Sequence record: OP599913.1
Strand: one strand, 5' to 3'
DNA length: 64,000 nucleotides
The notes beneath the pieces are model-generated. The model was given only the letters and a program-made list of their open reading frames with translations. It had not been told where the DNA came from and did no database searches. Shown piece after piece: positions 10,417 to 18,371 of the stretch. The position numbers were made by a program, and so were the translations under genes. Each line of letters starts with the position of its first letter. Positions within the stretch are counted from its first letter, which is position 1.

Positions 10417-10773
10417 ATGACCACTTCCAATGACAAAGCCAAAACCACCAACAAATCCTTCACCGGTGAGCGCAAGGAAGGTTTCGCAGCCACAACTGTC
10501 GCCGGTATCGTCGGAGGCGTCCTGGGCGCCGCGGCTCATTTCAATGGTACCAAAAACATCGGTTCGTCCCTGATCGCCGGTGCTGCCGGTGTGACTGTCG
10601 GTTGGGCGGCGGGTCGGCTCGTGTCCCCTGTTCAACACCTCGGTACGCCGGCTACCATTCTGGGTAGTGCCTGGTCGGGACTGCTCGGTGCGTCGATCGC
10701 TATCACCGCGGGTGAACTGGCTGGTTCGGTAATGGGTGTCGCCCAAGAAGCCCTGCCGAGCGCCGGCGAGTAA
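10417..10773 (+). CDS. Glycine-zipper membrane protein
   Basis: 118 aa; three Gly/Ala-rich hydrophobic helices (GxxxGxxxG); highly biased codons. Confidence 0.8.
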   Translation: MTTSNDKAKTTNKSFTGERKEGFAATTVAGIVGGVLGAAAHFNGTKNIGSSLIAGAAGVTVGWAAGRLVSPVQHLGTPATILGSAWSGLLGASIAITAGELAGSVMGVAQEALPSAGE

Positions 10774-10847
10774 GTTCTGCCCCAAGGAGAAGGTTATCCC
10801 TTCTCCTCTTCTTTTCAGTAACCCGCTCAGCCAGGAAGGTGTTTATT

Positions 10848-11012
10848 ATGAAATCCAGCGGCCTGCTTCTTCTGTGCGTTGGTGTTATGTTCGGCTTCTT
10901 GTTCGTGAACGCGAACTACGGCCAAGAGACTCAGGAAGATGAATCCCAAGAAGTGATCTTGGGACATCGTATTGCTCCTAACGGGCAAGAAATCCTGGTC
11001 TACCAACACTGA
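10848..11012 (+). CDS. Small membrane-anchored or exported protein (54 aa, not in ORF track)
   Basis: GGAAGG RBS; MKSSGLLLLCVGVMFGFLFVNANYGQETQEDE... Confidence 0.5.
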   Translation: MKSSGLLLLCVGVMFGFLFVNANYGQETQEDESQEVILGHRIAPNGQEILVYQH

Positions 11013-11102
11013 AGAACCCACCCCCCGCTTCCTTGTCCTGTTTAAGAGGGATGAGGAGGCGGGTTCTTTACGTCTCTTTCATTTTTCACATAGGGAAATA
11101 CC

Positions 11103-11534
11103 ATGCTAACGCCAGATGAAGCGAAGAAACGTCGAGTAAGAGTGGCTGAAATCTTTAGTCTGATTTCGGAGGCTAACCAGCTTCTGGTTAAGGTCTCGGC
11201 TGCTGCGAATGCTAACAGGAGTGAGGAGATGTTCTCGTTATCCATGTCTCTCCTGGAAGAGGCGGATACCAAGTTGAATGCGTACAAAAAGGAATTCCCC
11301 CATTGTCTTTCCTTGAAGTACAACCGTTGGATGCAAGTCGGGGTGAATTCTGGGGGTAGGGTGAACGTTGGACAAGGGCTTCCTCAACCCCCTCTCTTGA
11401 CTGAAGACAATCAGCTCTCCCCTGAGTGGGTGACTTGGTACAGTCAGGTTATGGGGTATTCCCATTCCCATGCCTTGGAGGTGGGTGAACTTCTGTTGAA
11501 TGCGTATCAGAACCTTCCTCCCTCCGAAGTGTAA
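11103..11534 (+). CDS. Hypothetical protein with C-terminal 'LSPEWVTWY' motif
   Basis: 143 aa, AGGG RBS; motif shared with 57396..57704. Confidence 0.75.
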   Translation: MLTPDEAKKRRVRVAEIFSLISEANQLLVKVSAAANANRSEEMFSLSMSLLEEADTKLNAYKKEFPHCLSLKYNRWMQVGVNSGGRVNVGQGLPQPPLLTEDNQLSPEWVTWYSQVMGYSHSHALEVGELLLNAYQNLPPSEV

Positions 11535-11590
11535 AGGATTAACGGCAAACAGTCTCCCCTCCTTAGGGGAGACTTTCTTGAGGAAGACGT

Positions 11591-11842
11591 ATGTTTAGAA
11601 TGAATAAGGGTTGTTACCCTACCGGAATAAATCCTAATGGAAAGTTTCTGAGTCAAGAGGAATTGCGGAAACTCCCCAATGGGACTTATGTAACCTCCCC
11701 TTTGCACCATCATCGCGTCTATCAACATGCCCGTCGTGTTGAAGTTCGGGATGGTCAATGCTGGCTGGTCACTGATCCCAGGTACATTTATTCCCTTGAA
11801 GACTTCTTTAAATACAACTTGTTCTACAGGAGAACTGTATGA
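11591..11842 (+). CDS. Hypothetical protein
   Basis: 83 aa, GAGGA RBS. Confidence 0.6.
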   Translation: MFRMNKGCYPTGINPNGKFLSQEELRKLPNGTYVTSPLHHHRVYQHARRVEVRDGQCWLVTDPRYIYSLEDFFKYNLFYRRTV

Positions 11843-11973
11843 AAAAGACCTGGATGTTGACGCCTCATAGGAGACATTCCCCAAGCAGTACAGGATTGGC
11901 CTAGGGAGTAAACTGGGTCCATCCATCGTTGATTAAAAACCTTTTGTCATTAATCCACTTATAGGACACCGTT

Positions 11974-12441
11974 ATGTCGAAGAAAATGCCGCCGGACTTC
12001 CGTAAACTGCACCTGGAAGCCTTGTACACCTACCTGAATGAAACCACGGGCGCGTGTGTCATCCTGGTTAACACCGACGCCGGCCCTGAAGTGAAAGAAA
12101 TCGGCCAAGGGAACCCCAGCGTCTTCTTCAACATCGGAGGGTTCGCGGTGAAGTACCTTCATTTCCATGAGGAGTACCTTCATTTCGAATGTCGTTGCCA
12201 GGGGAAGGTATACGAGCTCTTCATCAAGTATGAAGATGTTTTGGGTGTGCGGTATAACGGAGACCTGATTTACCTGGGTGGGGTGTGTCGAATCATAGGT
12301 CAGGATGAAGATGGTCACCTGATGCTCGCCCCTGGTGAAATCACTCCTCCAGGTCAGGACGATAAGAAAGAATCCTCTGCCCCTAAACCTCAGAATGGAC
12401 ACGCCTCTCCGTTCAAGGTCATTGAAGGCGGTAAAGACTGA
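11974..12441 (+). CDS. sspB: SspB-like ClpXP protease adaptor
   Basis: 'LEALYTYL...VILVN...VFFNIGGFAVKYL...LHFECRCQGKVYELFIKYEDVLGV' parallels the SspB fold; flexible tail ends 'PFKVIEGGKD' (cf. ClpX-binding 'PALRVVK'). Confidence 0.72.
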   Translation: MSKKMPPDFRKLHLEALYTYLNETTGACVILVNTDAGPEVKEIGQGNPSVFFNIGGFAVKYLHFHEEYLHFECRCQGKVYELFIKYEDVLGVRYNGDLIYLGGVCRIIGQDEDGHLMLAPGEITPPGQDDKKESSAPKPQNGHASPFKVIEGGKD

Positions 12442-12456
12442 CCCCTCACTATCAAT

Positions 12457-12485
12457 ACCTCCGGTAGGGATAACCTACCGGCGGT
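12457..12485 (+). terminator. Hairpin after sspB-like gene
   Basis: ACCTCCGGTAGG / CCTACCGGCGGT. Confidence 0.55.
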
Positions 12486-12566
12486 TAAATTATTCTGTTG
12501 AGTGTATCTAATACGTACATTGACCAGAATCATTTAGAGTTTCACAAACACCTGAGGTAATCCAAA

Positions 12567-13049
12567 ATGCTACCGATTAAATCACGGCTACAAGAAATGA
12601 TCATCAATGCCCAACCCCTCCCCGGCGTTGTGGATGACATTTACAAAGGGTACGAGGAAGTTGGGGTGTTCTTCTCCAACTTCGATCGGGTAATCACTCA
12701 ACTCCCTTTCGATAAGGATATTCTCAATCACCTACCCCGGGGTGAAGCCAAGACGGAGGACTTCTTCTTTCTCCACACCATCTACCAGGAGCGGAACAAA
12801 GGTACTATCCACGGTTTCGGAGAAGGGTATTCGGGGAACATTCGTTTCCGGATTAAGATCGTACGGAACACTAAAGGGGTCATTGCAGGGTTGACCGTAG
12901 GGACTCTGGGCTGGGGGATGAAAGACCTGGAACGGGATTTCAAGAACAAACACCTGTTGCATGGGGGTGTGGATTACAAAGACGAACTCCTGGGTAAAGT
13001 GGTTCGTCATATTGAATTGGTCAAACTCTTCTACGTCGAAGACTTTTAA
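12567..13049 (+). CDS. Hypothetical protein
   Basis: 160 aa, GAGG RBS. Confidence 0.7.
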   Translation: MLPIKSRLQEMIINAQPLPGVVDDIYKGYEEVGVFFSNFDRVITQLPFDKDILNHLPRGEAKTEDFFFLHTIYQERNKGTIHGFGEGYSGNIRFRIKIVRNTKGVIAGLTVGTLGWGMKDLERDFKNKHLLHGGVDYKDELLGKVVRHIELVKLFYVEDF

Positions 13050-13073
13050 CATCTTTCAGAAGGAGTAACCCCC

Positions 13074-13397
13074 ATGGGAACAGTTCGTAAAGAAGGGAAA
13101 GAACGGACCCCTCTGTCGAGTCCCATCGTAGGTGAACTGGATTCCGTTGAATTCCATAACACCAAAGAAAACCTGGAGAATGGGACGTACCGAATTACCG
13201 AGTACGACGGGGAAATCAATTATTGTGTGTTAGACCATCTCGTTGAATCCTGGTACAGTGAGGAAGAACACACGGAATTCCTCGATAATCTACACATGGA
13301 CCATCTGGCCGAGAGAATAGGCGAGCCATACTGCGAAGACTTGGGAGAACCGTTCACCCAAGTCCTACATGACAATTTCAGTGACCTTTTGACTTAA
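13074..13397 (+). CDS. Acidic hypothetical protein
   Basis: 107 aa, AGGAG RBS. Confidence 0.7.
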   Translation: MGTVRKEGKERTPLSSPIVGELDSVEFHNTKENLENGTYRITEYDGEINYCVLDHLVESWYSEEEHTEFLDNLHMDHLAERIGEPYCEDLGEPFTQVLHDNFSDLLT

Positions 13398-13414
13398 CAA
13401 AACGAGGGGGTGGT

Positions 13415-14200
13415 ATGAACACGTTTTACATCATTCAAGTCGACCAACGTTCCACTTCCCACCCGGGAACCATCACTCAGTATTATGCCGAGGATCCCTC
13501 TTCTCGTGGTTATCCCGATTTCAGCAAGTCCTGGATGGACTGTAGTACCTTCCACAGCCTCGAAAGTGCTACTGAAGTCATTAACCGGATGCTCACTGAT
13601 AAGAACACCCGCTTCGGTGATGGTTCGGTCGATCTTCCCCTCACATTCCGGATACTGCGTCGTGATTACAACGCACCTGTTCCCGGTACGAAATACGAGT
13701 TCGATCTCTCCATTGTCGAGTTCTCCTACACCGATCCCTCCGACTTGAAAGTCAAAACAGTTGATCGCTGGGGAGTCGACTTCATATGGGGTGGAGGAGA
13801 TAAACTCGCCAGGACTTTCTACCGTGTCGAAATGAATCCCGATCAACCCAACATGCCCTACTTGCCGGGTAAGAATGAACCGAGTCTCTTCTACCCCAAG
13901 GCATTGGAGGGCGCTCACCCGTGGGTGTACTGGTATATCCGCAGTCATGAACTTGAGTTCACTTCCGCTTCAGTTAAAACTGCTTTGGAAGAGAAAGACA
14001 AGGTCATCGGTAAAATCAGTAACCAAAGTTCCAATGTGGAGCTTTACGACGAGATGTTTCCTAAGGCAGGGGATCAGGTTGCAGTGGGGGATCTAGTACT
14101 CCTGGGGGATGTTCTAGCTCTTCGTAATAAGAACCCCGATCTCACCCTGGAAGAAATCCACCAACAAAAATTGTCTCGTCGTGTTTCGGATAAACAATAA
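13415..14200 (+). CDS. Hypothetical protein, paralogue of 15228..16034
   Basis: Shares 'VDRW', 'PGxNEPSxFY', 'GAHPWxxWYIxxHELEFT'. Confidence 0.8.
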   Translation: MNTFYIIQVDQRSTSHPGTITQYYAEDPSSRGYPDFSKSWMDCSTFHSLESATEVINRMLTDKNTRFGDGSVDLPLTFRILRRDYNAPVPGTKYEFDLSIVEFSYTDPSDLKVKTVDRWGVDFIWGGGDKLARTFYRVEMNPDQPNMPYLPGKNEPSLFYPKALEGAHPWVYWYIRSHELEFTSASVKTALEEKDKVIGKISNQSSNVELYDEMFPKAGDQVAVGDLVLLGDVLALRNKNPDLTLEEIHQQKLSRRVSDKQ

Positions 14201-14269
14201 AGACAATCATTCAACAGAGGCCTCACAGGGCCTCTGTTGGTAGTTATTTCAGTAGTCAAGGAATTTGTA

Positions 14270-14734
14270 ATGGCTAGAAAAACCCTGTGTATGTTGATTC
14301 GCCATCACCAGTACGCGCTGGTAACCAATGACATCCAAAAGGGCGACTTCTTTTACACCTGCCCGTTTGAATCGACCATTGAAGGCCAACCGATTCTCTG
14401 TGCGGTGTTCTACAAGAAACCCAATTCTGAACGCATGAAAGCGGCGTATTCGCTGACGACCCTCCCCTGCCATTTGACCCTTGAAGGATGGCAGAGCTTG
14501 ATTGCGGATGCGGAACAACGCGCTATCCTCGTTACTCCCAGGCGGATCTATGATTTCCGTGGGGAGGAAATCAACGTGGTGATCGGGGAGAATAAAGGGT
14601 ATGTCTTTGGTGCGGGTGAATTCGATCCGCTCTTTGGTAAATACCTCGACGTTAACGTTCCGTTGGGAGCCCTCTACGCCGACAAGCGTATTGGTGAAGT
14701 ATTTGAAGTTATCGCTGTAAAACCCCGTAACTAG
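14270..14734 (+). CDS. Hypothetical protein
   Basis: ATG 14270 with AAGGA RBS, 154 aa. Confidence 0.7.
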   Translation: MARKTLCMLIRHHQYALVTNDIQKGDFFYTCPFESTIEGQPILCAVFYKKPNSERMKAAYSLTTLPCHLTLEGWQSLIADAEQRAILVTPRRIYDFRGEEINVVIGENKGYVFGAGEFDPLFGKYLDVNVPLGALYADKRIGEVFEVIAVKPRN

Positions 14735-14808
14735 GAGGGGTTTATGGGTACCCAAACGATTAGTTCGGTGATTAACCTACAACCTTCCATTTCGTATTTG
14801 GGTGACTT

Positions 14809-15174
14809 ATGGAAAGAACGATTAAAGAAGTATTTGAATCGATGGCGAAGAATCTTCAAGATATCCAGCGCCTGAAGGGTCCTAACGCAAGGGTATGCAT
14901 TACCTTAGAGATTGACGGGGAAATAGTCGATTTCATCCTGCATCAGGGATATAAACATCAACCCACTCCCTTAACTGCGATTATTATCTCAATCCGTATT
15001 CAGAATGTTGAAGGTATCCATCCCCAGGGAGTCATCATGATGTACAGTGATGGCGAATTGTCGATGGGAATCTACAAAGATGCTAAGTACGGCGGCGAAA
15101 CGTTGGAAGGTGTGCTTCGTGTCGCCGAAGAATGCATGAGCGAAGTCGAAGAAATTCCACACACCCTCCATTGA
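14809..15174 (+). CDS. Hypothetical protein
   Basis: 121-aa ORF in operon. Confidence 0.65.
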   Translation: MERTIKEVFESMAKNLQDIQRLKGPNARVCITLEIDGEIVDFILHQGYKHQPTPLTAIIISIRIQNVEGIHPQGVIMMYSDGELSMGIYKDAKYGGETLEGVLRVAEECMSEVEEIPHTLH

Positions 15175-15227
15175 CGGAATCCTCTTCCCCACGTCCTACA
15201 ACCCTACCCCCTTAAAAGGAAATCATC

Positions 15228-16034
15228 ATGTCCATTTCCTACATCATCCGGATTGATTCCCGTCTCAATAACCAAGGGGATGCCGTTACACGCTTCTATA
15301 ACGCTTATGGTGGAGCGTTTGACCATCCCCGCTACATGACCCACTGGTACGACGCAAAAGCCTTCACAACGTTCCCTGAAGCCGTTAAAGTGGTTAAACG
15401 GATCATTGATGAGGAACCGGGGTTGTATTCCAAGGATCCTTATCGGGCGTTGTACGACCTCTGCTCCGCAGGGTTGGATCGCCCTATAGACCCGGATGGG
15501 TCCTACACCTTCGTGATTTACATTATCCGTTGCAATTCGGAGGATCCTTCGGACCCTCGAATGGAAGTGGTGGATCGTTGGGATGTGGAGTTCTATCGGA
15601 ATAAAACCCTACCCGACGGTCAGTTCAGTTCTATCGTATACCACGCAGAGGATAACCCCGAGGAGAGTGACCCCGGACGCTTCTACGTCCCAGGGGACAA
15701 CGAACCCAGTGTCTTCTACTGTGACCGATTGGGTGGCGCGCATCCTTGGATCCATTGGTACATCATTACCCATGAGCTCGAATTCACCCACGAGAACATC
15801 GAATTCGCTAAGGATGAGAAAACCCGGGTAATCGAACAGCTGCTGAAACAACAGAGCTGGGTGCCGTACTACAGTGAGAAATTTCCTCTCACTTCCCGAG
15901 AAATCGTTATCCACCAACCCCTGCTGTTGGGGTATGTGTTGAGTAAGCGTAATGACAATCCTTCCCTGTCGTTGGAAGAGGTCCATTACCAAGAAATCAC
16001 CCGGCGTAACACCAAACCGTCTGCTCATCACTGA
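15228..16034 (+). CDS. Hypothetical protein, paralogue of 13415..14200
   Basis: Full-length colinear similarity; AAGGA RBS. Confidence 0.8.
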   Translation: MSISYIIRIDSRLNNQGDAVTRFYNAYGGAFDHPRYMTHWYDAKAFTTFPEAVKVVKRIIDEEPGLYSKDPYRALYDLCSAGLDRPIDPDGSYTFVIYIIRCNSEDPSDPRMEVVDRWDVEFYRNKTLPDGQFSSIVYHAEDNPEESDPGRFYVPGDNEPSVFYCDRLGGAHPWIHWYIITHELEFTHENIEFAKDEKTRVIEQLLKQQSWVPYYSEKFPLTSREIVIHQPLLLGYVLSKRNDNPSLSLEEVHYQEITRRNTKPSAHH

Positions 16035-16067
16035 GCGTTCCGTTAATCCTTATTCCACTGAGGGAGA

Positions 16068-16415
16068 ATGAACATGAGAATGGTCCATTGGGCTCGATTG
16101 GTTAAAGAGTGCCTCCAACTTCAAACCGTCAGCGACGATCGCTACCTGGGGGTCTGCTCGGGGTTGAGTTTGCTGTACCACAAGTACTTCCTGGCCAACG
16201 ATCTCCCCCTCGAAGCCAACTACCCGGTGCTTACAGCCGCCTTTAAGGAACGGGTAGACCTGGGCCCACCGGCTAAGGAATCGGTTATGAGCGCTGAACA
16301 CGCCCAAGAACTGGTTGAAACGGTGGAGGAGACCCTTCGTTACTACGTCAAGTTCTATGCGTGGGGTTGTAACCTGAAGGCTTCCTTCTGGGCGGAGGTA
16401 AAGGGTCAGCATTAA
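16068..16415 (+). CDS. Hypothetical protein
   Basis: 115 aa, GAGGGAG RBS. Confidence 0.65.
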   Translation: MNMRMVHWARLVKECLQLQTVSDDRYLGVCSGLSLLYHKYFLANDLPLEANYPVLTAAFKERVDLGPPAKESVMSAEHAQELVETVEETLRYYVKFYAWGCNLKASFWAEVKGQH

Positions 16416-16472
16416 TCTTCCACATCCATTCCAATCTATGTCGGGCGCTCTTTTTCTAGAAGAGGTAACCCT

Positions 16473-16664
16473 ATGCCAAGTGTATCACGTAAACAGGCCA
16501 ACCTTATGCGAGACGCCGCCCACAGCGCTGAGTTCGCTAAGAAGGTAGGTATCGATCACGAGGTGGCTAAGCATTGGTACGAGGAAGACAAGAAGGCGGG
16601 GTGGTTCGACCCCAGTTCCAATAAAGCGGAATCTTCGAAAAAGACCCCTTCCAAGTCCAGTTAG
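16473..16664 (+). CDS. Small basic phage protein (MPSxSxKQ...AAHxxEFAKKVGI family)
   Basis: 63 aa, GAGG RBS, TATG at 16437. Confidence 0.7.
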   Translation: MPSVSRKQANLMRDAAHSAEFAKKVGIDHEVAKHWYEEDKKAGWFDPSSNKAESSKKTPSKSS

Positions 16665-16688
16665 TCGTTTCCGTAATCTTTCCCTTGT

Positions 16689-16819
16689 AAGGGGTGCTCT
16701 CGTAACAGTAACCCTTAGCGGTTACTCGCAGTCGTCCGTGGCCGAGAGTATAAACAGTACAGGTCTATCTATTCCTTGTGATGGGGTGAATAGGTATGAC
16801 AATGGCGAACGGACCCCTT
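16689..16819 (+). ncRNA. Candidate structured RNA (multi-branch junction) upstream of tRNA
   Basis: Nested stems AAGGGGT/ACCCCTT, TGCTCTCG/CGAGAGTA, AGTAACC/GGTTACT, GTCTATCTATTC/GAATAGGTATGAC; no ORF. Confidence 0.4.
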
Positions 16820-16852
16820 TCGATTCAAGTGTAACACTGGGGTAGAAACACA

Positions 16853-16948
16853 ATGAGCGAATACTGCGATCTTTATGACGTATTGGAACGGTTTGTTGGG
16901 CTGGTTAAACCTGTTGAAACTGAAATCGTGGTGATCCATTTAGGTTAA
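16853..16948 (+). CDS. Possible 31-aa peptide immediately before tRNA
   Basis: MSEYCDLYDVLERFVGLVKPVETEIVVIHLG; GGGGT upstream. Confidence 0.25.
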   Translation: MSEYCDLYDVLERFVGLVKPVETEIVVIHLG

Positions 16949-16954
16949 GTTTAC

Positions 16955-17030
16955 TCCGTGATAGCTCAGTAGGTAGAGCAACTGTTTCGTAAACAGTAGG
17001 TCCCGGGTTCGAACCCTGGTCACGGAACCA
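16955..17030 (+). tRNA. tRNA-Thr(CGU)
   Basis: 76 nt cloverleaf: acceptor TCCGTGA/TCACGGA, D arm AGCTCAGTAGGTAGAGC, anticodon stem ACTGT/ACAGT with loop TTCGTAA, T arm GGTTCGAACC, encoded CCA. Confidence 0.95.
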
Positions 17031-17173
17031 AACATCGTTACCCCAAAGACTGGGACACACAGGCTCGGCACTACCCTCCCCCAAATGCCCTGCACTGTCC
17101 CGCTCCGCCAGCCATCCTGTTCTCTTCTCTCTTCCAGGATGGACCGCGGCTTCTTGACAGGGGTGACGGTGTA

Positions 17174-17220
17174 CCTGTTCCCTACCTTTCTCAGAGGGGT
17201 AGGGAACAGGACCTTTTCTT
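17174..17220 (+). terminator. Intrinsic terminator after tRNA trailer
   Basis: CCTGTTCCCTACC / GGTAGGGAACAGG followed by ACCTTTTCTT. Confidence 0.75.
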
Positions 17221-17247
17221 TATCCGCTATGTGCAGAGGATACCGTC

Positions 17248-17544
17248 ATGTCGTTCATTATAAAGGTCATGCGAGAGGACTGTGGGAATGGCACCTCCCG
17301 TGACTATGAAGGTATTATTGTGAGCCAGGGGGATCGGTTTGCTATCTCTTGGGACCCACATAAGGAACGGCGGGAGCTCACGGTTGAGTTTGCCGATGGG
17401 AGAACCTTGCTCCGGGTGATTGATGGGGATCTGTACGTGGTGAACGCGGACGGTAAGACCATTTCCGGTACCCTCAAGAATAAGCCCTTGCTCCCCGGTA
17501 CTTCCCACTCGAACCCCCGAGACAAACTCTCTTCTAGGCTCTAA
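17248..17544 (+). CDS. Hypothetical protein ('YVVNADGKTI' phage family)
   Basis: 98 aa, GAGGA RBS. Confidence 0.7.
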   Translation: MSFIIKVMREDCGNGTSRDYEGIIVSQGDRFAISWDPHKERRELTVEFADGRTLLRVIDGDLYVVNADGKTISGTLKNKPLLPGTSHSNPRDKLSSRL

Positions 17545-17564
17545 CCCGTAAACACCGTGTAAAC

Positions 17565-17599
17565 ACCCTCCTACCTCCTTTACAGGGAGGTAGGAGGGT
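17565..17599 (+). terminator. Terminator-like hairpin
   Basis: ACCCTCCTACCTCC / GGAGGTAGGAGGGT. Confidence 0.75.
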
Positions 17600-17617
17600 T
17601 TATTACGGTATAGCGTA

Positions 17618-17635
17618 TTTTAAACCTAGATTATT
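17618..17635 (+). promoter_or_regulatory. Early-type promoter motif TTTTAAACCTAGATTATT
   Basis: Close match to the 4983 and 46467 copies; 29 nt before ORF 17664. Confidence 0.7.
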
Positions 17636-17663
17636 GATGCATTAAGCCACGAGGAATAAATCA

Positions 17664-18185
17664 ATGTTTACTGAAAAACAAATGGAAGAACTCGCCGTTG
17701 CTCGTAGATACGATGTGGGGAGTTATGACATATTTGAAATGGCACTATTCCATGATGGTGGTGTGCCCTTCTTGAAACATATCATCATGTACAGTTTCAA
17801 GAAGATGCTCTCTGGAGAATCACTAGATCGTTATGCGGTTGGACTGATGAATAAAATGATCTACGATACTGAAGGCCGTGATGCCAAGGGAATCGTAGAA
17901 AGGAGTGTATTACAACGATTGACTGAGAGTGATATCCAGGAAGCCCATGTCTACCTTAATGTTTACATCACCAAAGCTAAGGAATTCCTGGAAGACTTCA
18001 GTAAACGTTTCCCTGATCACTCCCAGAGTGTCAGCCGAGAAGAGACACCCAAAAAGTTCTGCTTTGCGAATAAACCGGCTCCGGAAGGGACTGTCAGGGA
18101 ACTCGCCGCTAAATACGGTAAGTCGATCAGTGAAATCCGTAAACTCAAAGCAGCCGGTCGTCTTCATGAACTAGCACAGGGGTAA
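17664..18185 (+). CDS. Hypothetical protein with C-terminal HTH-like segment
   Basis: 'GTVRELAAKYGKSISEIRKLK'; GAGGA RBS. Confidence 0.7.
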   Translation: MFTEKQMEELAVARRYDVGSYDIFEMALFHDGGVPFLKHIIMYSFKKMLSGESLDRYAVGLMNKMIYDTEGRDAKGIVERSVLQRLTESDIQEAHVYLNVYITKAKEFLEDFSKRFPDHSQSVSREETPKKFCFANKPAPEGTVRELAAKYGKSISEIRKLKAAGRLHELAQG

Positions 18186-18191
18186 TTGGTC

Positions 18192-18332
18192 ATGTTTTGG
18201 AAATTCACGTGTTACAACAAGGACACTTGGGAAGCCCCCCACCAAATGACCTTGATAGAAGCGGTTGAACTCTTTTTGCGAGAAACCCAATACACCCAGT
18301 TGGATATTCACTTCGTTGAGAATCTCCACTAA
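18192..18332 (+). CDS. Possible 46-aa protein (not in ORF track)
   Basis: MFWKFTCYNKDTWEAPHQMTLIEAVELFLRETQYTQLDIHFVENLH fills the gap. Confidence 0.4.
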   Translation: MFWKFTCYNKDTWEAPHQMTLIEAVELFLRETQYTQLDIHFVENLH

Positions 18333-18371
18333 ACTGTTGTTAAACAATCTGTTAAACAGAAGGATAGCATT

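Noticed and set aside
17045-17170. Possible HDV-like/theta ribozyme in the tRNA 3' trailer (P1-P2-P3-like pairing order)
   Set aside because: No P1.1 GG, no J4/2 catalytic C-x-A, P3 not contiguous with P1, not abutting the tRNA end; a simple bulged hairpin explains it
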